A stretch of DNA of 26,734 bases from a virus (taxonomy: Duplodnaviria; Caudoviricetes): IMG/VR virus record IMGVR_UViG_3300022178_001959, positions 1 through 26,734 of that record; one strand, given 5' to 3'. Both the position numbers and the translations under genes were made by a program. The notes beneath the pieces are model-generated. The model did no database searches. It was not told the DNA's origin and worked only from the letters and a program-made list of their open reading frames with translations. Of this stretch, positions 1-7,610 are shown in pieces; the first letter of the stretch is position 1, and every line of letters begins with the position of its first letter.

Positions 1-8
1 GAGCTTTT

Positions 9-506
9 TCATACGGCCGCCTTATTAAGGATAACGGTGTGTGGGACGCCTGCGATGTCGAAGGAGAGCTTACCCTTCAACGCCAGCTTGGCAGCGAGGC
101 ACATAGCCTCTGTGGGATCGAACCCGGTTGTCTCCAGGAGCATTGGTGCGATGTACGGGAAACGCCAGCCTGAGGTCGTGCCCAGCCCTTCATCGGTATC
201 GGGCTTTATGACAGTGTACGTATCGGTGTTGAACTTTTCTTTTTGCATGGCGTGCGATTCCTCTATAGCGTGATCGATTGCGTTGATGACCAGCAGTTGT
301 AAAACATAGGGCTGAGCGACCGTCCACTTCGCCACCGGGTCCGACTTCTCGTTTAAGACGGTCTTAACCTGAGCGTCATCGGTATGTATCGCGAATAGCG
401 CAAACTTACCATCTAGCTCCATCTCGAACCAGTTTGACGACGAATAGTTTTCATCGGCGCCTGACGTAATGGTCAGGTGGCTGTACTTAACGTTATCTAT
501 CTTCAT
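9..506 (-). CDS. hypothetical phage protein (165 aa, MKIDNVKY...)
   Basis: Start moved to ATG at 506, which has an upstream GGAGGA RBS and an ATGA overlap with the stop of 503..706. Its own TGA overlaps the ATG (10..12) of a next gene that runs off the window. No recognisable domain. Confidence 0.7.
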   Translation of the reverse strand: MKIDNVKYSHLTITSGADENYSSSNWFEMELDGKFALFAIHTDDAQVKTVLNEKSDPVAKWTVAQPYVLQLLVINAIDHAIEESHAMQKEKFNTDTYTVIKPDTDEGLGTTSGWRFPYIAPMLLETTGFDPTEAMCLAAKLALKGKLSFDIAGVPHTVILNKAAV

Positions 507-706
507 TGGTCTTCCTCCTGAAACGGGGATTCCCGTTTCGTAATGAGCTGCTCGGCAGCTTGCCATCCCGCATACATTGACCGGGTGACAATGTATTTAT
601 AATCACCAATCTGGACGCCTCGGAAAGGTTTTGTTGTTCGGTATAAATGCAATTTTTCCGCTTCATCTAATGTCATATAAAACGCCTCAAACGCTTCTCT
701 GCTCAT
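503..706 (-). CDS. hypothetical phage protein (67 aa)
   Basis: ORF packed with 4-bp overlaps to both neighbours on the same strand. Confidence 0.7.
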   Translation of the reverse strand: MSREAFEAFYMTLDEAEKLHLYRTTKPFRGVQIGDYKYIVTRSMYAGWQAAEQLITKRESPFQEEDQ

Positions 707-1176
707 AAATTACCGACTTTCTCAATCAGCTGCTTCCCGCGCACTGCCGAATCGATAATATCCTGGGCATCCGTCATTAAGTCTTTGTGACCCCTATTGC
801 CGGGCTTCAACGCTTTCTTGATCAAATGCTGATACGCGGGGTTTGTGACACCCCACGCCGTAAGAACGTCGTAAACGTCAACCCATACGCCGGGTACGAT
901 CTCGACGTGGTAATGAGTGCGCTGGAGTCCTTTATCCGCTGTTATGGTCTCTTTAGTGACCACAGGGTTTGCCCACTCTGCCCGCGCCTCTCTCATCTGC
1001 ATAACCTCAGCGCCTGTCAATCGCCCGCAGGGCATACTGTTGATCCACTCGGAAGAATCCACGTCTAAAAAGAATGCCTGCCGTGCTGCGCCCGACCCGA
1101 ACGCTGCGTTATATACGTGCGCAAGATCTTTGCTTTCTAGGTATCTCCAAAATCGGTCCAAAGTTGTGCCTATCAT
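703..1176 (-). CDS. phage protein with C-terminal DUF3310-like domain
   Basis: C-terminal THY...VDVYDVLTAWGVTNPAYQHLIKKALKPGNRGHKDLMTD matches the HY...DV...KxL..G.R..KD...D pattern of DUF3310-like phage proteins (by eye). ATGA overlaps on both sides. Confidence 0.6.
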   Translation of the reverse strand: MIGTTLDRFWRYLESKDLAHVYNAAFGSGAARQAFFLDVDSSEWINSMPCGRLTGAEVMQMREARAEWANPVVTKETITADKGLQRTHYHVEIVPGVWVDVYDVLTAWGVTNPAYQHLIKKALKPGNRGHKDLMTDAQDIIDSAVRGKQLIEKVGNL

Positions 1177-1346
1177 TGCGCGTCCTCCGCATCAAAGAAA
1201 TCCTGTATTTCTATTAGCTCAGCACGAAGGTCGTCGGCAATCTCTTCCTCCCAGACTTCAAGGGCCAGCTCTCGGGTCTCCGTTGTAGCCGTCATAACGT
1301 GTTTTTCCATAGCTTCGTCAAACCAACTTACGATAAATACTTTCAT
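1173..1346 (-). CDS. small acidic hypothetical protein (57 aa, MKVFIVSWFDE...)
   Basis: ATG at 1346 with AAGGGGG RBS; ATGA overlap with the downstream gene. Confidence 0.65.
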   Translation of the reverse strand: MKVFIVSWFDEAMEKHVMTATTETRELALEVWEEEIADDLRAELIEIQDFFDAEDAQ

Positions 1347-1356
1347 ACTAACCCCC

Positions 1357-1728
1357 TTACCAAGTGATAAGCATCGGCTTATACCGCAGCAGTATGTCGA
1401 CCAGCACGACGACAGCAATGCCGACGACGGTTGCTAAGACGATCTTGCCGTTTGTAGTCCACACGGACGTCGACGTGTTATACGTAGCAGCTAACTGCGA
1501 ACGCATGGGCTCAGGCCACTTCTTGAGCCACCGAGGGTCGTTGCCCGCGAGTAACCATTGGATAACCTCTTCGTGGTCCCAACGGTTCAAGTTGCGAGGT
1601 CCGCGAGGCGCGGTAGACGGGATTTGGTACGGGGCAGGAAACGCACCCTTCTTAAGCCGACGGTACAAAGTTGGCTTAGAAATGGACGCGAGCGTGCAGA
1701 CATGATCGAGCGTTATTAGGTTTTTCAT
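1357..1728 (-). CDS. AlpA/excisionase-like HTH regulator with C-terminal hydrophobic (TM) segment
   Basis: LITLDHVCTLASISKPTLYRRLKKGAFPAP...RWDHEEVIQWL is a typical AlpA-family winged HTH. C-terminal IVLATVVGIAVVVLVDILL is hydrophobic. GGAGA RBS and a promoter lie directly upstream. Confidence 0.8.
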   Translation of the reverse strand: MKNLITLDHVCTLASISKPTLYRRLKKGAFPAPYQIPSTAPRGPRNLNRWDHEEVIQWLLAGNDPRWLKKWPEPMRSQLAATYNTSTSVWTTNGKIVLATVVGIAVVVLVDILLRYKPMLITW

Positions 1729-1753
1729 AATGTTCTCCGTTAATGGAAACCGA

Positions 1754-1783
1754 AGTATATGAGATGATATGCGACAATGTCAA
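1754..1783 (-). promoter_or_regulatory. sigma70-like promoter TTGACA-N18-TATACT
   Basis: Minus strand reads TTGACA ttgtcgcatatcatctca TATACT, intergenic and upstream of the AlpA-like gene. Confidence 0.75.
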
Positions 1784-2080
1784 CTAATGTAGTTCTCTTT
1801 TAACCTCTAGCTCTGGATTTTCTTCCAGCTCCGTCTCTAGCGCCGCATCAAGAATGCAGGTAGACAGTAGGCTCATGGCAAACGGGACATCATCCGAGAT
1901 GTGGATCAGGTGTGCGATAAGCTGGGTTAAGGCTCCTCCCAGCGCGGGAACAGTGTCGAGCTGCATGCCTTCAAACTCATCTATAAGCTGTGCTGCCATC
2001 TCGGCAGCACTTAGATAGTCTTCTCGTGCAGCGACGTCTTCTGGGTTGTCGAGGTCGTATTCCTTGCTGCGGTCTGTCAT
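1784..2080 (-). CDS. acidic hypothetical protein (98 aa)
   Basis: ORF with AAGGA RBS; helical and acidic, no recognised domain. Confidence 0.7.
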   Translation of the reverse strand: MTDRSKEYDLDNPEDVAAREDYLSAAEMAAQLIDEFEGMQLDTVPALGGALTQLIAHLIHISDDVPFAMSLLSTCILDAALETELEENPELEVKRELH

Positions 2081-2092
2081 GTAGCGTCCTTC

Positions 2093-2344
2093 TTAGAACG
2101 GCACGTCAGCGTTAAATGCAGGTGCCGAGGGGTTCGAGGGCGTGGAAGGCTTCCACGTATCTACCTCAGCATACCACTTACCGCCCCGGCTTTCACATAC
2201 TTGAACGTTAATCCATTCATCTGTCTGCTCTGTAAGGAATTGAATCAGTTCTTCACGCTTTATGCTGATGTTGCATTTTACCCAGTCGGGCGCCGTGTCG
2301 CGTGGTTTCTTTGCCAAAAGGCCATTCACAAATATCTTTTCCAT
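2093..2344 (-). CDS. conserved small phage protein with SSB-like C-terminal tail (83 aa, MEKIFVNG...ADVPF)
   Basis: ATG at 2344 with GGAGA RBS. Beta-rich core (APDWVKCNISIK...WINVQV...GKWYAEVDTW) followed by a flexible linker and a DVPF terminus. Confidence 0.7.
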   Translation of the reverse strand: MEKIFVNGLLAKKPRDTAPDWVKCNISIKREELIQFLTEQTDEWINVQVCESRGGKWYAEVDTWKPSTPSNPSAPAFNADVPF

Positions 2345-2361
2345 TATTTTTCTCCATATAT

Positions 2362-2396
2362 AAAAAGCCCCCGGTCGGGGGCAACCGATTCGGGGG
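2362..2396 (-). terminator. intrinsic terminator hairpin
   Basis: Minus strand CCCCCGAATCGGTTGCCCCCGACCGGGGGC-TTTTT. It can fold as GCCCCC/GGGGGC, or as the longer CCCCCG..TCGG/CCGA..CGGGGG stem, followed by a U tract. Confidence 0.7.
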
Positions 2397-2491
2397 AAGG
2401 TCTTACACAACGAGGAACATGTATACATATTCCCATTTAGTATACACGACAGCATTCACAAGTGAACGTGCCGCGCACATAAGGGGACTGG

Positions 2492-2665
2492 TTAATCTTT
2501 GTGGTACTTGTCTACTTCTTTAGACGCGTGAGGCGCGTCCCGATACCATTCAAACACTAGGCGTAACTGACCACCAATGGTACGGCCCTCGGACTTCGAC
2601 AGGGCTTTGATCTCTTCGTACACTTCGCGTGGTACTAAGATCGACTTCCAACGTGTTGTATCCAT
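2492..2665 (-). CDS. ribbon-helix-helix (Arc/CopG-like) DNA-binding protein (57 aa)
   Basis: MDTTRWKSILVPREVYEEIKALSKSEGRTIGGQLRLVF: alternating beta strand, then helix A, G-R-T turn and helix B. ATG at 2665 is preceded by an AT-rich intergenic region. Confidence 0.7.
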   Translation of the reverse strand: MDTTRWKSILVPREVYEEIKALSKSEGRTIGGQLRLVFEWYRDAPHASKEVDKYHKD

Positions 2666-2758
2666 TACTATATCTCTGTTTGATTCTATATTATCTAGGA
2701 TATTATAGGAACATATGCAAGAAAGCAAGAGCCCTGCGCAAGCAAAGCTCACTGCGCG

Positions 2759-4654
2759 TTATTTAGCTTCACCCCAAGACGGGCCTATCTCGATGTCGCA
2801 CACGTTGGGCACCTCCAACGGTATGGCGGTCTCCATTACGCGGGCTATTTCCTGGGCCTCTTCGATGTTTTTGACAGACATTGCCAGCTCATCGTGAATC
2901 TGCAACATAGGCAGCTTACCGGCCTTGTACAAGTTAACCATGGCCTGTTTAGTCATGTCCGCCGCTGACGCTTGTATGAGCCTGTTAAGGGCCTTGTATG
3001 TAAACGCTCGCTTGAGCCGGGTTGTGGGTCCGTAGGTGTCGACCGCTTCTTTGTACGGCAGGGCCTTGCTCATGGCAAAGGTGTCCGGCTCCCACATTTC
3101 AAAGCGGCACTTTCTGCCACCCAATGAGCGCAAAGAGCCGGCTGAGGACTTCTCGTTAAGCCGGTTTGTGACACCCGTCATCAACCCTTTTACGAACGGA
3201 ACCCTCGCATGATACTGCTTTACCAAACCCTTAGCGTCTTCAACGGGTATATCCAATTGCTCGGACATCTTATTGACACCCATGCCGTAAATCAACCCCA
3301 GGTTAATGGTTTTAGCCTGCTTACGGGGGATGTTCGCCATGTCTGCGACAAGGCTGTGGAAATCGGTGTCGGGCTTCGTGTTATAAGCCTCGACAAAGTC
3401 CGCCGCACCTTCTAGCTGCATTCCGCGAGACTTTCCATACACATGCGCATAATGTACCAAGATGCGCGGTTCCTGCTGCGAGAAATCGATTGCGGCCCAC
3501 TGCTCGCCTTCTTCTGGCAAGAACAAACTCCGGATCAACGGACCCATCACAGGATCGCGAGCCGGGATCTGCTGTAGATTCGGATTGGACATACTGATAC
3601 GGCCCGATACCGTACCGCCGTCGTCCGAGCGTATCTGATTGATGTGCGAGTGTATTCGCCCGTCTGCCCGGCAATGCTTCATGATCGAATTGATAAAGGT
3701 GCCTGACGTCTTATTCAGGGACCGGGCTTCGACGATCAGCTTGGCAACAGGGTGTGGGTTTTCTTGTAGAAATAGTTTGGTAAACGACGGCGCGCCTTTT
3801 TCTGTTTTTGGGTACTGTATGTGCAGTTTGTCGAAAGCCCTGGCTAACGACTGTCCTGCCCATATCTCGACATCCGTTCCCGCTTCACGCTTCAGCATCT
3901 TCATCACTTCGCGCTCACGCTTCAACAGGCTGTCCCGCGTGCGCTCAACTTTGTTAACGTCTACTCGAACACCACGCATAGTCATGTCGACTAAACAGGG
4001 CAGCAGGTCCAGCTCTAGGTTAGCAACGGCCCACAAGTCTTCCTGGCCTAGGCGTATGGAGAAATAATTCCACAGCTCCAGCGTCAGCTCAGCGTCCACC
4101 TCAGCGTAAGGTCCAACGTACATGGCAGGCATCTTCCACATCTCAGCCTTGGGGTCTACTCCAAACTCGCGTGCCGCCGCCGTCAAACCCTTCTCGGACT
4201 TCGTCTTGTTCAGCAGGTCATATGACAACGCATTCAGACTGTAGCTAAACCGGTTCTCGTCCAGCAGTGCCGCGACTAACATTGTGTCGATGATGCGGCC
4301 ATTGACAGTAAACCCCATGCGTTTGATCCAGCCTAGGTCGTACTGAGCATTGTGCATGATCTTATCCGCAGGGCATTCAAACACCTTCCTAAGCCAGCGG
4401 TTGACGATCTTCTCGTCTAGGTTACCGCCGCCGAAATGACGGATCGGGATGTAGCCGGACCAGCCGTCCACGGCAATGGCGTAACCCACTACTTCACCAT
4501 CTCCTGTGGGCCAACCCGGACCAAACTTCTTAAGGTTTGGGTCGCGTGTTTCAACGTCTATTGCAATCTTGGAGGCACCCGTTAAATCCGGCAACTCCAG
4601 CGGTGGAACCCACTCGCTCTTTGGCGCAAACATCGCCATCTGTAAATCAGCCAT
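2759..4654 (-). CDS. polA: family A DNA polymerase (3'-5' exonuclease + polymerase)
   Basis: Exo I IAIDVET, Exo II HNAQYD, Exo III YAEVD; TVSGRISMSNPNLQQIP; motif A DFSQQEPR; motif B RKQAKTINLGLIYG; motif C QIHDEL. No 5'-3' exonuclease domain. Start is ATG 4654 or GTG 4657. Confidence 0.97.
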   Translation of the reverse strand: MADLQMAMFAPKSEWVPPLELPDLTGASKIAIDVETRDPNLKKFGPGWPTGDGEVVGYAIAVDGWSGYIPIRHFGGGNLDEKIVNRWLRKVFECPADKIMHNAQYDLGWIKRMGFTVNGRIIDTMLVAALLDENRFSYSLNALSYDLLNKTKSEKGLTAAAREFGVDPKAEMWKMPAMYVGPYAEVDAELTLELWNYFSIRLGQEDLWAVANLELDLLPCLVDMTMRGVRVDVNKVERTRDSLLKREREVMKMLKREAGTDVEIWAGQSLARAFDKLHIQYPKTEKGAPSFTKLFLQENPHPVAKLIVEARSLNKTSGTFINSIMKHCRADGRIHSHINQIRSDDGGTVSGRISMSNPNLQQIPARDPVMGPLIRSLFLPEEGEQWAAIDFSQQEPRILVHYAHVYGKSRGMQLEGAADFVEAYNTKPDTDFHSLVADMANIPRKQAKTINLGLIYGMGVNKMSEQLDIPVEDAKGLVKQYHARVPFVKGLMTGVTNRLNEKSSAGSLRSLGGRKCRFEMWEPDTFAMSKALPYKEAVDTYGPTTRLKRAFTYKALNRLIQASAADMTKQAMVNLYKAGKLPMLQIHDELAMSVKNIEEAQEIARVMETAIPLEVPNVCDIEIGPSWGEAK

Positions 4655-4673
4655 CACTGTCCCCTTTAGGTGC

Positions 4674-4919
4674 TTACCATTTTCTCGTGCTGAGCTGTTC
4701 TGTTCTAGGATGTCTTAAGTTCTCTACCAACAACGAATTGTCGATGTGGTCTCGGGTATTCACACAACGTGCGCTGCGGGTATGTCGTTTTGTTCCGCCG
4801 CAGAGCTCGCACACTTTACCTTCAAAGAATTTCAAGCCTTGTTCTAAAGCGTCTGCTCTGACAAGCATTTTTTCTGCATCTGATCTAAGGTCTGTTGGTG
4901 TCACTTTTGCATAGTTCAT
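4674..4919 (-). CDS. hypothetical protein with Cys/His cluster (81 aa)
   Basis: FFEGKVCELCGGTKRHTRSARCV, a possible Zn-binding module. ATG at 4919 gives an ATGA overlap with the upstream stop. Confidence 0.6.
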   Translation of the reverse strand: MNYAKVTPTDLRSDAEKMLVRADALEQGLKFFEGKVCELCGGTKRHTRSARCVNTRDHIDNSLLVENLRHPRTEQLSTRKW

Positions 4920-5119
4920 GTTGTTATTTTCCATAATGAGTTGAGCTTGGCGTAATCTGGTCGATTAATTTCACTAGCTGCGGTAACTTGTTTGTACTTA
5001 CCTTCGCAGGGTATACAGCTGTAGTGTCGGCGCCCGCTTGAGTAGTTTCGGTACAGCGGTGCGGCAACAATCCGCCCGCACGAAAAGCAAGGGGCTTTTT
5101 GAGGCAACTTTCTAGCCAT
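4916..5119 (-). CDS. small putative zinc-finger protein (67 aa)
   Basis: CFSC...CIPC pair; GGAG RBS; TGATG overlap with the upstream gene. Confidence 0.6.
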   Translation of the reverse strand: MARKLPQKAPCFSCGRIVAAPLYRNYSSGRRHYSCIPCEGKYKQVTAASEINRPDYAKLNSLWKITT

Positions 5120-5319
5120 CACAATTCTCCTATGAAGTTAATAAAGGTCATAATAGATTCAATGTTGGCAAACACAACTAACGCTGCGGCCGGCAACGCG
5201 AGAAGCGTTAGTGACTCTAACGCTGCGGCAAGAAAGGTGTCTTTATCAACAAACACGAAGTAACAGACTTGAAAGACAAAGGCAAACGCGACGAAGCCCC
5301 ACAATATAGAATAATTCAT
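5119..5319 (-). CDS. small membrane protein, about 2 TM helices (66 aa)
   Basis: ILWGFVAFAFVFQVCYFVFV and FLAAALESLTLLALPAAALVVFA hydrophobic stretches; ATGA overlap at 5316-5319. Confidence 0.65.
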   Translation of the reverse strand: MNYSILWGFVAFAFVFQVCYFVFVDKDTFLAAALESLTLLALPAAALVVFANIESIMTFINFIGEL

Positions 5320-5525
5320 AGTAGCTTCCACTGCACTTCGCCGTGGTCGTTAACGACCAAGGCTTTCTTAGAATATTTGTCCAGCGCCCAATACGCGCTT
5401 TGCAGCACCGCTTCAACTTCGGCTGAGACGATAGGACCACCGGCTAATGTTTCCACCGTACCGATCAGCGTCTGTATCTGCTCGCGGTATTCGGCTATTT
5501 CCTGCTTAGTAGTGTTAATAGTCAT
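5316..5525 (-). CDS. hypothetical protein (69 aa)
   Basis: GAGGT RBS; overlaps both neighbours. Confidence 0.65.
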   Translation of the reverse strand: MTINTTKQEIAEYREQIQTLIGTVETLAGGPIVSAEVEAVLQSAYWALDKYSKKALVVNDHGEVQWKLL

Positions 5526-5880
5526 TGCATGTAACCTCTCTGTAGTATTGTCTGAAATGCTCTAGGCACACAAAGCAATTCACATAAGTCTCGGTTATCT
5601 TAACAAAATCAACGTCGTCTCGGTTGCGCGTCATAAACGCGTGATAGACGTCGTAGTCATCGGTGATCATTCCAAAAATCCACCCAACAATAGAGTCGGC
5701 ATGGATCATGCGGTAATAGTTGGCCAGCGCATCAAACTTCTCGTACTCAAACGAAGCAAGGGCCTTGGCAAGGTCTGGGATAACTTCGTACTCAACCCAG
5801 CGAGTGTATGCGTCGTCAAGGTCTTCGTCGTAAGCCTCGCGGTCCAACATGTTTCTCAAATCGATTTCGGGAGTGGACAT
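5515..5880 (-). CDS. acidic, Tyr/Asp-rich hypothetical protein (121 aa)
   Basis: AAGGA RBS; first gene downstream of the promoter at 5911-5940. Confidence 0.7.
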   Translation of the reverse strand: MSTPEIDLRNMLDREAYDEDLDDAYTRWVEYEVIPDLAKALASFEYEKFDALANYYRMIHADSIVGWIFGMITDDYDVYHAFMTRNRDDVDFVKITETYVNCFVCLEHFRQYYREVTCNDY

Positions 5881-5910
5881 AATATTTCCTTAGTTGATTG
5901 CTGTGAACGG

Positions 5911-5940
5911 AGTGTATGCGATGGTATGCGATGATGTCAA
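5911..5940 (-). promoter_or_regulatory. sigma70-like promoter TTGACA-N18-TACACT
   Basis: Minus strand reads TTGACA tcatcgcataccatcgca TACACT; close copy of the 1754-1783 promoter. Confidence 0.75.
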
Positions 5941-5944
5941 ACAT

Positions 5945-7462
5945 TTATAAGTCGTAACTGCGTGTAGCGTCCTCAGAGTCCACTATATACAAGTTCTGCT
6001 TTGTACGCGTAATGGCTACGTAGAACACGCGGTGCATATCATCAGGGTTGTTTCGCATCTCTGCATCGGCCGCAGGGCTCAGGTCCGTGAACAAAACCAC
6101 GTTATCCGCCTCACCGCCTTTTGACCCGTGAATCGTGGACGCTGTAATGCGAGGCACGCCGTTAAATTTCTCGCCCCTGCGCAGTAACGCCGTAACATAC
6201 GCCCGGTCAGAGTCGGGCAGCTTGTCCAATGCTTCGGACCAGATCATCTCGTCCGTAGCTTTTAATCCGTATTGCGCGATCAGTGTGGGCAGGTCGACCA
6301 GATCATGGTCCTCTAACCCCACCAGCTTTTTATAGCCCCGCAGAACACGACCCCCTAGCGACATGTAGCCGTATATTTTTCGAGCAACAGCGCCCGAAAC
6401 TTCGCGGCCTTTGCGTAATTGTTCCCAGCCGTTAACCGCCTCAGAAAGCTTTTCGTTAATAGACCGATGGCCACGGTAGTTAAACAAGTAGCCGCTGGAC
6501 TTCAGGTCGCGTGCCACGGGTTGCAGCAGGTAACCGGCTTGCGACAGTATGAGCCAGGATCCTTCGGTCATATCCACCGCGTTAATGGTACTTATCCGTG
6601 TGACGCGGCCCTGCTCGGCCCTAGGCTCGTAGCTCTTAGGGAATCGACTGGCAATGCGACGAACGACACCTTCGGCGAGGGTATGGACCGCTTGAGGGAT
6701 GCGATAAGATTGAGACAGGGTTTCGGAGCCGCCCGGCAGGTTGATGAAGTGATCGACATCGGCGCCCGCCCAGCGGTAGATGGCTTGATCATCGTCTCCC
6801 GCGCAATACATTCGCTTAGACTTTTTATCAATAGCGTGCGCCAGCTCCCATTGCAATGGGCTGAGATCTTGCGCTTCATCTAAGAAGCACAGGTCAAACT
6901 CCGGGCAGAACCGCTCAGCGTCATTAACAAACGCGACTAACATGTCGGTAAAGTCGTACAACCCCAGGCTTTCTTTGTACTCACGCAAACACTTGTCAAC
7001 GTACTGAACAGTGGACCAATCGGTTTCAATGCTGCTCTGATTGTACTGCGAACGTAGGGGAACTTTGCGCAAGCGGGACAGGTTAATAAGACCCAGGATG
7101 GGGTCGTTGCTTGCCACCATTGACGGCACGTCCTCGTCAAAGTTGCCGGCTTTTGTTCCGCCTAGTGTGACTCCGATGGCTTTGCTCAGCTCGCGGAAAT
7201 GCGCTTCTTGCATAACTTGTTCAGACCGGATGTCGGTCATGTTTAGTGCAAGAGAGTGCAATGTTCGGAAGTGGATCAGATCGTTCTTGGCGTCAAGCCC
7301 GAACCGCTCAGCGGCCCGTTCTTTTGCCTCGGTGGCGGCCTTCTTGGTGAAAGCGAGGAAAGCAATTCGTTGGGGAGGTATACCAGAGGACAAAGCCTCG
7401 TCGACCATGTTGAGCAACGTGGTCGTCTTGCCTGTGCCAGGCGGACCGAATATCCTAAACAT
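5945..7462 (-). CDS. UvrD/Rep-like superfamily 1 DNA helicase
   Basis: Walker A GPPGTGKT, FRTLHS, DEAQD, GDDDQAIY, QSYR, STIHGSKGGEAD, FYVAITRTK. Confidence 0.95.
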   Translation of the reverse strand: MFRIFGPPGTGKTTTLLNMVDEALSSGIPPQRIAFLAFTKKAATEAKERAAERFGLDAKNDLIHFRTLHSLALNMTDIRSEQVMQEAHFRELSKAIGVTLGGTKAGNFDEDVPSMVASNDPILGLINLSRLRKVPLRSQYNQSSIETDWSTVQYVDKCLREYKESLGLYDFTDMLVAFVNDAERFCPEFDLCFLDEAQDLSPLQWELAHAIDKKSKRMYCAGDDDQAIYRWAGADVDHFINLPGGSETLSQSYRIPQAVHTLAEGVVRRIASRFPKSYEPRAEQGRVTRISTINAVDMTEGSWLILSQAGYLLQPVARDLKSSGYLFNYRGHRSINEKLSEAVNGWEQLRKGREVSGAVARKIYGYMSLGGRVLRGYKKLVGLEDHDLVDLPTLIAQYGLKATDEMIWSEALDKLPDSDRAYVTALLRRGEKFNGVPRITASTIHGSKGGEADNVVLFTDLSPAADAEMRNNPDDMHRVFYVAITRTKQNLYIVDSEDATRSYDL

Positions 7463-7610
7463 CGGATGCCACCCCCTTGCGGTAGATCTGCTGAACCCGC
7501 TGCTTAGAAATGTTAAACCATTTCGCCACAGCCGTTAGAGTCATTTTCTGCTCGTCTATCATGCGCACAATCTCCTTGTTGCGCTTGCTCTTAAAAAGGT
7601 CAATTGCCAT
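7455..7610 (-). CDS. small sigma70-region-4-like HTH protein (51 aa; not in the ORF track)
   Basis: Translated by hand: MAIDLFKSKRNKEIVRMIDEQKMTLTAVAKWFNISKQRVQQIYRKGVASDV. It fills the primase-helicase gap with overlaps on both sides, and TLTAVAKWFNISKQRVQQI is a classic HTH. Confidence 0.8.
   Translation of the reverse strand: MAIDLFKSKRNKEIVRMIDEQKMTLTAVAKWFNISKQRVQQIYRKGVASDV

Noticed and set aside
2345-2455. N-terminal extensions given by the ORF track (also 2666-2752, 9985-10065, 13817-13873, 507-566)
   Set aside because: The extensions run through terminators, promoters or neighbouring genes; downstream ATGs have clear RBSs or stop/start overlaps.
2759-4654. Intein, intron or extra inserted domain in the DNA polymerase
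   Set aside because: The ORF is continuous and of ordinary length for exonuclease plus polymerase, with no intein terminal motifs or Cys-repeat insert.
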